Of a stretch of 64,000 bases of DNA, positions 1-12,290 are shown one piece after another. Location of the stretch: positions 372,001-436,000 of the forward strand of contig JALDZX010000004.1 in NCBI GenBank assembly GCA_022813865.1, read 5' to 3'. Under the pieces are notes generated by a model that worked only from the letters and a program-made list of their open reading frames with translations, was not told where the DNA came from and searched no databases. The DNA is from Xylographa opegraphella. Lineage: Eukaryota. A program made the translations under genes and the position numbers. The first letter of the stretch is position 1. Every line of letters begins with the position of its first letter.

Positions 1-661
1 GCGTGTGATAGTCGCCAAGGTATCTCAGGGGAGACAACTCCGAGGGTTCGAGGCATGTTTTGTCGTGTGACGGAGATGCAACAGCCCTGGTGACCGCGAG
101 CGACGTGTGAATGGGAGAGAACAGCAAGACGAAGGGGGAACATGACAGCGGATCCGTATATGGCGAAGGGCCCGTTGGTGGGTTGAAGATAGTTGCTCAC
201 TTGATAGCATCTGCAAAAGGATGGCTCGTCTACGTGTAGGTGGTGAACACATACCACAAGCCGGCTCAAGCACAAAGAAGGTCCACGGTCTCTTTCTTTA
301 CTGTTTTTACCGTTACAAGGAGTAGTTCACCTCCGAGGTTTACGCCTGGCCATTCCGCCCTTTCGACCGCCACGGCTCCGGCTTCCTGGCCGGTGGCTTT
401 CTTTGGCTTGATCGGTACACTGTAATAAGTGCTCCGTACCTTACCGATCCCATCCTCCACAAAAGCGCGTGCGGATCGACCTCTTCCAGCCAGTTTCCTC
501 TCCGGCACCGGCAATAATAAGAATAAATGAAGGACGAGCACGACGAAGGTGTACGAACGCTTCCGACGACGTGGCCGCTGCTGGCAGTAGTCACCCCACG
601 CATGGCCAAACCTTGCAACACGCACGCGATCCGTCAGCCACGTTGCAGCAAGCCCAAACAC

Positions 662-724
662 GCTCCTCAAGCTCCTCCCGCTCCTCCCGCTCCTCCCGCT
701 CCTCCCGCTCCTCCCACTCCTCCT
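662..724. repeat. 9-bp microsatellite (GCTCCTCCC)n, about 6-7 imperfect units
   Basis: Directly visible: gctcctcaa gctcctccc gctcctccc gctcctccc gctcctccc gctcctccc actcctcct. It produces the SGR/SSR/PPA repeats in overlapping spurious ORFs. Confidence 0.9.
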
Positions 725-2604
725 CTCAGCCATTGCCCCTCGGGTCGCAACATAACAGAACGGCGGACGGAGGTCCACGTGTCATGCTGGGTGGCCAAAG
801 CACTCCTTCGACTCCAGAAGGGGAAAGCTTCTGGAAGGGAACTTGGCAAGGGTACGGCGCTAAGGCACTAGTCCCATACTTGGCGCCTTGGCTGAGACGG
901 AGAGTGAAAAGGGGCGACGGCGGAAGTGGGTGGATGAAGTGATTCTAAAGGTATATTCTCCAGATGAAGCAGGACTTGCTGGCTTCTAGCGGTTTCACCA
1001 CGCAGAGACCGGTGGGTAGGGTGTTGGCGCTGCTTGATGCGCTTCATCTACACAGTACGGAGTGTCACTTTGTGGCTGGATGATTGATGTCGGGTTCGCG
1101 GAGTATTTCCTGTTCTATCGAGCGTTGTCGTTTCAACGCCGGTCGGGAGGCTGGATGATGTAAGGTTGTTATGTCGATATTACGGTCCTGGTTTCGAGAT
1201 AGGGTATCCTAGATAGTTAGAAGTGGTCGATAGTATTCCGACTGGGCGGTGAAGAGGCCGTGAGGAGGCCGTGAGATGAAAGTGCTGATACGCAATGTTT
1301 CACAAATGGCAATAATGGGTCGAACGCAGTGTCATCGGGCTGCTCTAACAGCAAGCTCATCCTCTACCACGCTGGCAGTGGTCCGAAGTGAGATCATGGG
1401 AGCCGTCGTTCCGATGCCTGCCGGTGCACCAGCGACCAGCTAAGTAACTACGAAAGGAAAAGTCCTGGATGGCATACGCGTCGCAAACATGCCTATCGCA
1501 ATTTCACGTTGCATTTCACAGCGACACCATCGCCGTAGATTAGCTGCTAGACTCGACTGATCGAGCATTCGCTGGCTCTGCCTCTGTTATCCCACTCCAC
1601 CGCGCCGTCGTTCGTTGTAATAATGGGCTCGTGGGATTCGTCGTAGATGAGATCGGATCGTCACCCACAACGTGCATTGATATGTTATCCGCCCGACCGT
1701 GTCCATAACGTGTCCCCTCGAACGATTGTGCCGGCGTTGGCCCAGCATCTCCACTCCCTAGTTCTCTCACATCCAACCTTCGTGGGCCATGCGGCAGTGG
1801 TGGTCGCCTGAGGACGAGGGAGGGAGGGAGTGAGAGAAGCGACCGAACACGCAGAGGATGTAGGCAGTCGCATGATTGTCGACGTTCTGGCGCAAATTGC
1901 CTTCCTTCCTCTTGCCAAAACGTGGCTTCGAAATAAGGAGGGAGATCCTGTTCGCTCGTGGTGGAATAGCCGTGACTTTTCGTGGAGGCTTCGTAGCTTG
2001 TGACACGCGACAGGCCTGATCCCTTCCACAAACCCCGGCTCAAGCACTGGTGGTCGCCGCGCGAGCTCAAAGCTTCGACCTCAATTCGGTTCTGAGAGTG
2101 CAGTCGGCCGCAGACTAAGACCGCAGACTACCACTCACTACCACTCACTACCACCGTAGCCATCATTCCATCCCTGTCTCCCACGTTGCAAAAAGCTCGA
2201 AGCAGGATTCCACACCTCGTCGCCCTGTCAGACTCCAAACGCATGCCGGGGCCAACTCGGTGACCCCCAACTTCCTGCACTTCCCATTCGACCAGTCGAC
2301 CGCTTTGTTGACGACTCCGCCTCCTCGACTCTTCCCCCTTCACCACACCACAGCCGTCCTGCCGTGACCTCAGCTTCAGCTTCTGTGACTTGAGCTAAAG
2401 CAACAACCACGCGAGCATCGGCCTTTGACCTGGCTTCACTGAAACGCAGCTACCGGACTTGGTGGACTGCTGCCACGCTGCCAGCACGCTCCCGCTTCCG
2501 GATCTCCCTCACCGCTTGAACGAGCATCCCTACCTCGCAAAAGACCGTCTCCAACCTCATCCAAGTAGCCGCTAGCCGACAGCCCAAACACTCCGCTGAT
2601 CATC

Positions 2605-3592
2605 ATGTCATCCGCCGCTCAAGACGAACTGAACGCCCTCTTCGCCCGTCAAAAGGTGCATTCGACCTCGCACCCCGAAGACGCCATACACAGTGACTCC
2701 TCTGAGCCCGAGTCGGATATCGAGATCGGCCAGGCCCAGTCCAGCGACGACGAGGAGAAGTCGGCCTTCCGCAAAACAGCCACCATGCCGTCGGCCGTCT
2801 ACCACATTCCGAGCTCGACTCACTTCGACGCCAATACCGGCCCCAAGGGCGTCATTGCAGACGCAAAGTCGTTCGATCGAGCGCGCAAGCGGTCCTTCCG
2901 CCAGACCATCCAGGCATTCTCCAACAACCTCTCGGGCAGTGTCTTTGGGGAGAAACACAAAGCCCCCTCACCGCAACCACGATCGAGAGAAGGAAGCTCG
3001 AGTTCCGAGTTCTCGCAAGACGAGGATGAAGCCGAATTCATGCGAACGTGGCGCGCGAATCGACTGACGGAAATGCAAAGCACGACCGGCCGTGATCATC
3101 GGACCCGACGTCTGAGTCCGAGCCAGCGGCGATACGGACATGTGGTGACGGTCGACCCGCTAGGATACTTGGAAGCTGTGGACCGGGTGACCGCGGAGAC
3201 GACGGTGGTGGTATTGATATACGATCCTCAGGTATGTTTTTCTGGCCCACCACGTCTTGGACTTCCCGACTTACAGTTGTGCGTCAGTCCACAATCAGCG
3301 GCATGTTCGAAGACGCCGTTGTGCAAATCGCGCGGAAGCACGAGTTCACCCGCTTCGTCAAACTGAGTTACATGGACGCCGAGATGGATCCGATCTCCAT
3401 CCCGGCAATACTAGCCTACAAGGCCGGCGAGTTGATTGCCAATCTGGTCTCGATCGTGGACGAGATGCCCATTGATGCCACCGTCAACGCGTCGAACGTG
3501 GAGCACGTCCTGCAACAGTGAGTTTCCCTGTCCGCGATGTGTGTCGACCTCGGTGCACTAAACATATCCGCAGACACAATGTGCTCCACTAA
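2605..3592 (+). CDS. phnA: Phosducin-like protein (PhLP1 class; PhnA/BDM-1), G-beta-gamma chaperone; 3 exons (2605-3231, 3288-3517, 3574-3592)
   Basis: N-terminal NTGPKGVIADA phosducin motif; EFMRTWRANRLTEM helix; thioredoxin-like C-terminal half (FVKL...IPAILAYKAGELIANLV). GT-AG introns 3232-3287 and 3518-3573 restore the frame to ...QQHNVLH*. Confidence 0.9.
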
Positions 3593-4176
3593 ACGACCTC
3601 CACCCCTAACTTTCGAAGCACCCAATCTTGGCCTATCACGACATGACATTCCACACATCTCCCCACGATTCGCATAGCAAACGGCGTTTTACCGGTAATC
3701 GGTTGGATCTGTGCCCCAGTAAACAGGCGGGGGGGGCACACCATCATGTCCTTTGGGTGCGTTTGGCCGGGGTAGCAACACCGAAACGTTTAATATTGCA
3801 TGATACCCAACCTTCTGCGACCACGACTTTCTCCCCCCTCCCCCTTTTCAGCACTGTTTCGTCTTCTCTGCAGTGTCCTGCGTTGGCCGAATTTGCTCTG
3901 CCTCTCTTTCCCTTAGATTCGCTTGTATGTCCTCAGCAGCAGCGTGTGCGGGTCGTGGATCCAGTGCCGGGGGCGGAGGCTTGTGGGCCGGAGAGAGATT
4001 TGTGCACGCAGAGGGATGGGTGTTGGGTAGCGAGCGACGACAGGAGGGATAGGATAGAACAGGAACCCAACAGCCATTATTCCTCCGCCTAGCCTCTCAA
4101 TCACGCACGGCATAACAGTGACTGAAGACGCGACGCCGATGTTACCAATCCTGATTATCCACCGTCTACTGTCCCC

Positions 4177-4285
4177 TCCCTCCCCCTCCCTCCCCCTCCT
4201 CGCAAAGAGGACATGTGAACCTCCCACTCCCTCCCCCTCCCTCCCCCTCCTCGCAAAGAGGACATGTGAACCTCCCACTCCCTCC
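4177..4285. repeat. 51-bp tandem duplication in C-rich intergenic DNA
   Basis: The unit containing cgcaaagaggacatgtgaacctcccactccctcc occurs twice, with cgcaaagag starting at 4201 and 4252. Confidence 0.9.
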
Positions 4286-6266
4286 AAACCTCCCCTTCCA
4301 CTCCCCCCGCACCGCCACACCTTCCGCTTCACCTCTCCTCTCCACTCCCCCTCCACTCCCACGATTGTGCGTCTGAAACGCTCCGCCCGTCGAAGTTTCC
4401 TCGCTCTATGCTTCACTCGCCATCTACCCTCCAGCCCCATCTCCCCAATCCAATACAATACACCATATCCAACCCGTCCGTCCGCAGGTGCCCACTCCCT
4501 TTCTATCCTTAGAACCTACCAGCGGATGATGTATAGCCGGCCAGCCGGTCAGCCAATCCCCTGACCCTTCCCCTGACCCTTTCTAGGTCTAGAGCCCTCT
4601 CATGGCAGCAACACCAACACCAAAACCCAAAACCTAAGAGTCAAAAGTTAGAGCGCACCCACCTACCCACCCACCGCCGGAGACGGGAAGCATAGCGTAG
4701 CGTAGCGGACGCGCAGGGACGAAACCCAAAAGCCCATCCGACGCCAAAGGTAAACAAACGGGAACAGAGTAGACGGGACCAGAGAACGCCGGGTAGCTGG
4801 CTGGCTGGCTGGCAAGGAGTCAGGGGTGGGAGGTGGGAGGTAACGGAATCGAAGCCTGGGAGTAGGGGTGGGAAGGGTGCGGATGTGTAGAGTAGAGAGG
4901 TAAGGGCGGAAGGGGACTGACTTTAGGGTGTGTGAGGTGTGCGAGGTGTGCGAGGTGTGCGTGGGTGTAGGTATATAAGTGTACAGTTTAAATCGATGCA
5001 GAATGCCATACCGAATAATCGGGGATAAAAAGATAGGCGGAGGGGTTGGTACGTGGGATTGCGATACAAACAGAGTGACAGGATGCGTGATTGGGCTGCT
5101 GGAGTGGCAAGGACGAGAGTCCAAGGACGTGGCACGGCGAGAACCCGCGGCGGTGGTCGTGACTGCATAGTCCGATTGTCACCGCCTTCGTTCGTAGAGT
5201 GGGCTCTGGACTGACTTGCCTACGATGGTCGAGCGATCCAATGGCCAATGCCGTCACAGCACTGTGCACGTAAGGCGAGCGTTTCGATATTCCTCTGTCT
5301 ATCGCTATCTCAGACCTATCTGAAAAAGAGAAGCAAAGCAAGTGTGTACGATAGCTGGACCGCCGACGAGAACCCAGCATTATGTAATCTTGGTCTGCCG
5401 GCAATGTCACACGTACATCGGTGTTCTGGACATGGACGCCACGAAGAGCTAAAGCAACATTTCCAGCTTACATCCCTCGCTTCGACGTACAAGTAAAGAA
5501 CAGTGGTATCAAATTAAAGAAGAAACACGAAGAAAGTTGGGGCAAGGGTTTGGTGTTGGTGAAAAGTACCTGAGCATCTCTGAACGGAACAATCCAAGCA
5601 TTCGATAGTCCACATAACTGTCGATTGCTTCCTTGGGTCGCAAAGCCAGTCGAAAGGATCCGAAGTCGAGTCCAGTAGTCTAGAAACAAACCGAGCTTTT
5701 CGCTAACTCAAGTGTGCGGGGAAAATGCTGTAACACGTTCCTGGATTGGTGCAGTCTTGATAGTGAAAGAGACAAGTTCGTCCTCGCTGCAACTCGGGCC
5801 AAGACATCCAGGTAGGCAATTCTGAGATAAGTGAACTTTTGATGCAAGGTTTGTTGATGTTTCCGGGGACATTGCTGAAAGAGATGCAGATGGGCAGGCA
5901 AAATCCTGAACATCAAAAAGAGCGATCGCGGTGGGAATTTAACGACGACATCCTCAATCAACTTCGGGTCCCACCGACTGATCGGATCAGAAATCCTACG
6001 GATCGAGGCCTTTAGCATATTAGAGGATGAACGATGAGTAAAGCTGGGTGTTGTAGTCAGTCCAAGAGGTTTGACATGAAGCAATTCATGTCTTCGTATT
6101 TCGTGCTCCGACCCACGACAATAGACCAGCATTCAGGGTACCGACCAGTCAGAAGAAAGTTAAAGTTAGTAATTTACAGTCAAAAAAGCGTCTGGTTACC
6201 GTAGAGCGGATTGACTGTAGGACGCTCACGTCTTCCAGATGATGAGGAGGTCTTTTCGGAGAGCAA

Positions 6267-8112
6267 TCACCAGGCCCAGACTTTGAGCTAGAAGACCAAA
6301 AAGAAGTAAGCCATGGTATTTCAGGAGGAATAGATATAGGACGGGACGCAGAATGGGAGAGTTTCATTACCGTCGAGTCCCAAGATCCGGTGCACAAGCT
6401 GATCCCATCGTTGCTAACGCCAAGGCAGCTTACACGGTTTTCGTGACCGCTCAGGGCTCCGACTCGCTCACCGCGGAGGACATCCCACACCTAATTACAA
6501 GATCAGTACGTCTTTCCGCATGCTTGCTATGTAGAGTACACATCAGTCACGAGCTAGCTGACTTACCTTGCACTCGAAATCATCGTATCCCGCGAAAAGT
6601 AGTCTACCCGACACGGAAAATCCGACTGAAGTGATGCCACAAAGGACTTGGTCGCTCTGTAGAGTTCATAAAAGGTAAGCTTAGTTCTTGTTATCCAGAC
6701 AGTCGCGTGCTCTCTTGCTTCATAACCAACGACAAAAATAGGTCTCGAAATACAAAATAACAACAACTCAGGGCTCCCAGGCACGGCTTTGTGACTGTAC
6801 ATGTGGTTCTGTCTGATGCAACGAAATTGAAAACGCTACAAATTCCTGTGGACTGACAAAATGTACAAGGATAACATCTGCTAATGACTGCGATTACACT
6901 CTATAGATACTTGGGACAACTACAGGAGACCACCTTGAAAGCCAGTAATCCGGTTCAGACTGAGTCCGGTCTGCTACTGATAGCACGTGTAGAAAAAAGC
7001 TGAACTACCAACAGACTCACGCATACAAAAAAATTCATACTGGTGTTTGAGGTAGACCGTGTTTTGTGGTCGATGGAGATAAGAATACTTAAAGGAATAC
7101 CAAAACAAGAAGAAGTACCAACAAAGATATCACTGGAAAATGGAGGCTGAAGACAACTTACCGAGTATTGATTGACCTCACGATCAGAACGGATGTCGAA
7201 GAGGCGGCAGGATGCATCGTCAGACCCAGTCCCGAAAGCGTTACCGTCGGGGAAGAATTGAATGGCATTGATATCAGACTCGTGACCAGCAAACGTCTGC
7301 ACGGCCTTTCCGGTACGGATGTCCCACAACTTGGCGAAGGCATCGCAAGCACCAGAAACAAAGACATGCTGGTTGGTCGGATTGATACTGATGCTCATAA
7401 CATCCCCGAGATGGTCAGCAAACTCAGTAACCTTGGCTCCGTTCTCTATATCCCACAGCATACACGTCATATCACCAGAGGAGGTAAGGATACGACGATC
7501 GTTGATGAATCGGCAGCACGAAAGGTATCCTGAATGTCCGGAAAGCTCACGAGCCACACGCAATGGACCTTCCCCATGCGAAGCTGAGAGGTTGTACACT
7601 GAACAAATATTGTCAAGGCCGCCACAGGCCACGTAATTACCACTCGGAGCATATGCACAAGTCATGACCCAAGACGACCGAAGAGGAATCGCATGGACTT
7701 TGTTTGTGGTGTACGCGTCCCAAATGATCAGCTTGCCGTCCTGCGAAGCGGACACCAGATGACGACGGTCGGTTGACCAGTGCATGGCATAGATCTTGGC
7801 CAGATGGCCTTTAAGAATTCGGCGAACCCTCATACCTATACGAGGTAATGGCTCGGTATGTTGGAAGGCGACCGTGTGAACTAGGTAAAATAGTCAGGAC
7901 CTTGCACAAGGTTGTTGAGATATGGCAGAAGCAGCCACGGGCGCACAAAAGCTGCTCAAGCACCGATGACCTTGCTCTTCGTCTGGGTACTCACGATTGG
8001 TGTCCATCAAATCATCCTTTCGACGCTTGATCTTGTCCTTCAAGCCTTCAGCGTCACGCCTCGCGGCTGCTATCTTCCCCGTCATTTGCTCTTGAGTGAT
8101 CTCAGAGCCCAT
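6267..8112 (-). CDS. sfaD: Heterotrimeric G-protein beta subunit (WD40; SfaD/GNB-1/Ste4 family), 5 exons
   Basis: [10 protein letters not shown]...[16 protein letters not shown] coiled coil; [89 protein letters not shown]; last exon LKVWAW* (6267-6287). Introns include 7881-7994 and 6657-7161. Confidence 0.97.
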
Positions 8113-10394
8113 TGTGAAAAGGATGACCTGCGCGGGTCTGGCGCACACAGCTTTACGATGTATTACTGATGTTGGGGATATGAAGCTTGGTGGGTTGGGA
8201 ATTGATGGATGAGGAGCTGAGAGGTGTCGAGGTGAAAGCCAGCGACCGTATCAGGTTGCAGTTGACGACGCACCACCACCACTACAACTCAGCCGACAGA
8301 AGGACTGAAGGTCGACAGTGAGAAGGTATGCACGAACAGGCCAGTCGACAATGCCAACCGCGATGCTAGTCTTGGATGGGCTGGAGAGTCGTGGAGTTGG
8401 GAACGTGGAGGTTGGTGTACCGCGATCTCATGTTCGTTTCGTATGTGGAGGTTCACATCCACACCAGGGGCCAAGAAGCACAGCTGCGAGAGCCACGACG
8501 CCATGCCCGAATTGGTAAGACGCCAAATTTACCAGAATGGGCCATTCCGTCTGGCAGCCGAGCCGGAGATGGCGTCTTCAGGCCCGAATTACTACTGCAG
8601 TTACGACTATCTACCTGGCTACGGGAAAAGGCTGGAGGGGAGGAGCGATAGAGGGAACATTGGATGGTAATTGTTCTGCTCGAGCACGGCCGAGTTGTGG
8701 AGTACGGCGCCGGGTGGTTCTCGAGTGTTGCTGAAGAGTAGTCTACCACGGACAAGTACGAATGGGCTCTACCACGCGGGGCTCAGTCCTCCACTTGCCT
8801 GGTCAGGGGAAGGACTATTTCCTTCGTTATTATTCTTGGCCCTTACGCCACTTTGCACATGAGAAGCGCCATGGTCGCCACATGGTGCTGGTGCCAGTAG
8901 TGAGTTCCCAGATCTGATCCGTAGTCTCCTACTTGAGCGTTTGAGGAACACAGATGTTCTCCACCCTGCCAGACCCGTCACCACCACGGTCTCCCGGTAC
9001 CAAAGATTGGGTCGACATGCAGGTACACACCCACAGCGTGGGGTCCTGGAGCTTTGCAACAATAGTTGCCAAAGATTGTTCGCACGGATGAACGGAGCAA
9101 GCCTTGTGTCGTATTATCGATCTTGCACTGCTGATACTGTGCAAACGCTGCTTGTTTGGAGTTATCCCACAAGTTCTCGTCTGATCGAATAGTTGATAGA
9201 CAGAAGAAGCAGAAATCATTGCGAGTACGATCGGATGATGGACCAAGCCTGTCACATTACCGTGCCCGTGTTGCAGGGAGTACTCGTGAGCATCTTGGGC
9301 TATCACAGCCACGTGATTCGAAGGGGAGAAAGAGTTGCAGTAGTGTTCTAGAACAAATCGACTAAGAAATCTACCACGCATGCGGCCGCCGAAACCCCAA
9401 AGCCCATGTGCGTGGTGCATTTTCCGAACACAATGGAATTTTCATGCAATGGTAGAAATGTAAAAATAGTAACATCAGAGTTGCATAAGCGTCGAGTGGT
9501 GGAGGCGTCTGAGCGAACACTGCTCTGCTCCTCAGAGTTCCAGCGAGAGCGGAAGAGAGAAATCGTTGCTGCCCAATGCCGCGAATCTGCTCGAGGAGTC
9601 CATCCTGTCACAAACTACTAGATGTTAGCAGATGGCGATTATCTGGTGTTGAAATCCCAAGTCCTTCGGCGCAGTTTCTCGCAACTGGGCAAGCCTCCAG
9701 CCAGACTAAAATTACAACGCACTAGCGAGCCACCTCCATCTTCTCTTCTCCTCGACTCATCTCCAACGTTTCATCCCTGGCACCTGTCTTTGCTCTCCCA
9801 TCGCAATATCTCCAAAGTCAACCATTTCGATATCTTTACGGCGTGCGTCTGGCAATTGTGGCTCTACCCACTCGGCGAGCCCGCCGGTCAGAAGTCAGAG
9901 TTTGCCCGCCCCCGCAGCTGGATCTACTCGCGTACGGCTTCACAACACCACTTTCAACACATCAGCGCTTCCCACAATCGTCCTCGGGGATTCAGACGTC
10001 ACTCATCGGACAGCTCCTCTCATATTTGTCATCTTCGTCCTCGGCTTATGTGGACAAATTGATCACTTGAACGACAAACTCGACGTCCAGGAAATCTTGG
10101 TCGACTGCTTCCGACAGTAACCGCTGCAAAGTGCATCGAAGCCATTATCATCGAAGCGCTTCTTATCGAATCAGCACAAAGAGCAGGCTCGACCTGGTTT
10201 CCTTAAGATTCTGATAGAGTTACTCCGGAGTTCTGGAGACCGTAATTGCTACAAACAGCTCCTCGCTACACAGTCTAAGTAAGTCGGGTGGTGCATGTTA
10301 TGTCCTTACCAGTTGCTAATATTACCTTTGAACATAGCTGTCCCAGCTATCAAGGGCTCCAGAGCTTACATACCATCACAATAACCCCCTCGAT

Positions 10395-12290
10395 ATGAGG
10401 GAGGTCAATTTCAGTATCCCAAATGTTAATAAGGCATCCGTAGGGATCACAACTGCCCTATATGATCGAAGAGCTCTTGACTGTACCTCGACCCTACCGT
10501 TGATCAACTCGTTGAACCACCTCGCATACCTCACGACATCCTCCGCACGTATCAGAGATATCCTAACCGTTGACGGTGGCGTGGAACGACTAGTATGCAT
10601 TCTCAAGCAGGGTCGAAGCAGAGAGATGATGGAGATGTGGAAGTGGAATCTTGCCTTTCAATGTGTTGTCAATATTGGTGTTCGTGGCTCGGAAACTGTC
10701 AGAACAAGAGTCGTTGAGGCGGATATGGTCCCAGTGATAGCCACTATCCTGGACAATTACATCAGAGTAATAGACAAGTGTCGCGCAAAGCTCGAAGAAG
10801 ACAATAAAAGAAACTCGCTTCGGTATCCAATACCTCAACCGGTCATCGGGTCTAGAGACCAAGCACAAAGAGCTACTTTCAATGACAGGGGGGTCAATGT
10901 CTCCGCTCATCGATCATTCAGACGACAAGCTCCACCACCTTCGATAGAAATACCACAGCCATTTTCCCAACAGCAGCAATCGGCAGACTTTGGTCCGATG
11001 GAAGTAACGCCAACACCGCCTCAGCTAGCATTGACTTCTCCTCAGGACCGCACTGTCTTTCCTCGTCCGCATCATCATCACCACCATCATCACCACCACC
11101 ATCGCAGTCAGGACGGAAGACACTACTTACACGGAGCTCAAGGCCCAACCAACCGGCACCATAGTTTGCAGCCCCTGGCAACCAATCTTCCGTCCATGGA
11201 TACTGCTGATGGCTTTGGACTTCGTCCGGTACGAGATGCGGATCGTCTACCCTCGATGCTACCCTCTGTGCCTGCACTACAGACCGGTATCACCTCACAA
11301 CCAGAATCGCCAACAACTCCTAATGCGCTTGTACCCAGACCCCTGAGCATGACTGCCAGAGATAGAAGGAGACCATCCCTCCGTCAGCAACGATCTCATT
11401 CTGGAGATTCAGATGACCTTATCGGAGAAGAGATATCTACCGAGACTGATACTAATGACGTCCCGTCTGACGAACCTATGGTCGACATCCAAACTACTCT
11501 CGACATACAGAACGGCGATGATGAAGATGCGATGCTTGATGCAGTTGCAACTCCGCTTGACCTAACAGGCCCCAATGGTTCTGAAGGGCCCGAGGTCGAA
11601 ACCTTTAACATCACACACCGATCAGTGCTGGATGGCAGTATCCTCAATACAAACATGGTCCCCACAAATAACAATATCACTAATCTTGGAATGCCTCCCG
11701 TCCCTCCACCAATGCATGTCATTAGCGTGCCCCCACCAACGGTACCCCAGAATGTCCACGCTCGATATTTTCTGGACCGATCAGCTCCCCCGGGCGTCCT
11801 TGCCGCTACGCCGAGGGACGAAGACGTTTTGATGTCTCTGCAATTACTGGCCTACGTTTCCAAATACTGTAATCTTCGCACGTACTTTCAACAATCCCAT
11901 CTCGTGCCGAAGCTTAAAATAGGACACCAACTGCTAATGCTTGACGACAATCCACAAAGCTCAGATATACCTCATGCACACGAGTCCGAAGAAGAGGAGT
12001 ATCTCCTACCAGACGACTTCAATATTTTCCCACTGGTAGAGAAGTTTACCGTTCGTCACCACTCCCAAGACATGCAATACTGGGCTGGCGTTGTCATGAG
12101 GAATTTGTGTCGCAAGGATGACTCCAGAGGAGGAATTCGTCAATGTGCATATTATCAATGTGGCAAATGGGAGCAATGGACAAGACAATTTGCCAAGTGT
12201 CGACGCTGTCGACGGACGAAATACTGCAGCAAAGAGTGCCAAAAAAACGCTTGGGTGTACCATCGTCACTGGTGTCAGGTGGCCCAGTAA
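10395..12290 (+). CDS. samB: MYND-type zinc finger protein SamB/Mub1
   Basis: Conserved N-terminus ITTALYDRRALDCTSTLPLINSLNHLAYLTTSSARIR; WAGVVMRNLCRKDD followed by a C-terminal MYND finger (CAYYQCGKWE...CRRCRRTKYCSKECQKNAWVYHRHWC). Single 631-aa ORF with a His run; probable 5'UTR intron at about 10278-10337. Confidence 0.95.
   Translation: MREVNFSIPNVNKASVGITTALYDRRALDCTSTLPLINSLNHLAYLTTSSARIRDILTVDGGVERLVCILKQGRSREMMEMWKWNLAFQCVVNIGVRGSETVRTRVVEADMVPVIATILDNYIRVIDKCRAKLEEDNKRNSLRYPIPQPVIGSRDQAQRATFNDRGVNVSAHRSFRRQAPPPSIEIPQPFSQQQQSADFGPMEVTPTPPQLALTSPQDRTVFPRPHHHHHHHHHHHRSQDGRHYLHGAQGPTNRHHSLQPLATNLPSMDTADGFGLRPVRDADRLPSMLPSVPALQTGITSQPESPTTPNALVPRPLSMTARDRRRPSLRQQRSHSGDSDDLIGEEISTETDTNDVPSDEPMVDIQTTLDIQNGDDEDAMLDAVATPLDLTGPNGSEGPEVETFNITHRSVLDGSILNTNMVPTNNNITNLGMPPVPPPMHVISVPPPTVPQNVHARYFLDRSAPPGVLAATPRDEDVLMSLQLLAYVSKYCNLRTYFQQSHLVPKLKIGHQLLMLDDNPQSSDIPHAHESEEEEYLLPDDFNIFPLVEKFTVRHHSQDMQYWAGVVMRNLCRKDDSRGGIRQCAYYQCGKWEQWTRQFAKCRRCRRTKYCSKECQKNAWVYHRHWCQVAQ

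Noticed and set aside
266..942. Overlapping ORFs with SGR/SSR/PPA repeats
   Set aside because: They arise from the stop-free 9-bp microsatellite, which is open in several frames on both strands; no domain is recognisable.
1540..2070. 176-aa minus-strand ORF
   Set aside because: Non-ATG start, no recognisable motif, and I could not build a consistent spliced model. More likely leader or intergenic DNA.
4177..4285. Direct repeats as a CRISPR-like array or LTR
   Set aside because: Only two adjacent copies with no spacers, no TG...CA termini and no associated genes, in a eukaryotic context.
3628..5170. Several 150-180-aa ORFs between phnA and G-beta
   Set aside because: Low-complexity C- or G-skewed DNA with a tandem duplication suppresses stop codons; the products are compositionally implausible.
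6955..7161. C-terminal extension of the 292-aa G-beta ORF (VSCLQPPF...)
   Set aside because: Read-through into the 6657-7161 intron; the WD40 sequence resumes at 6656.
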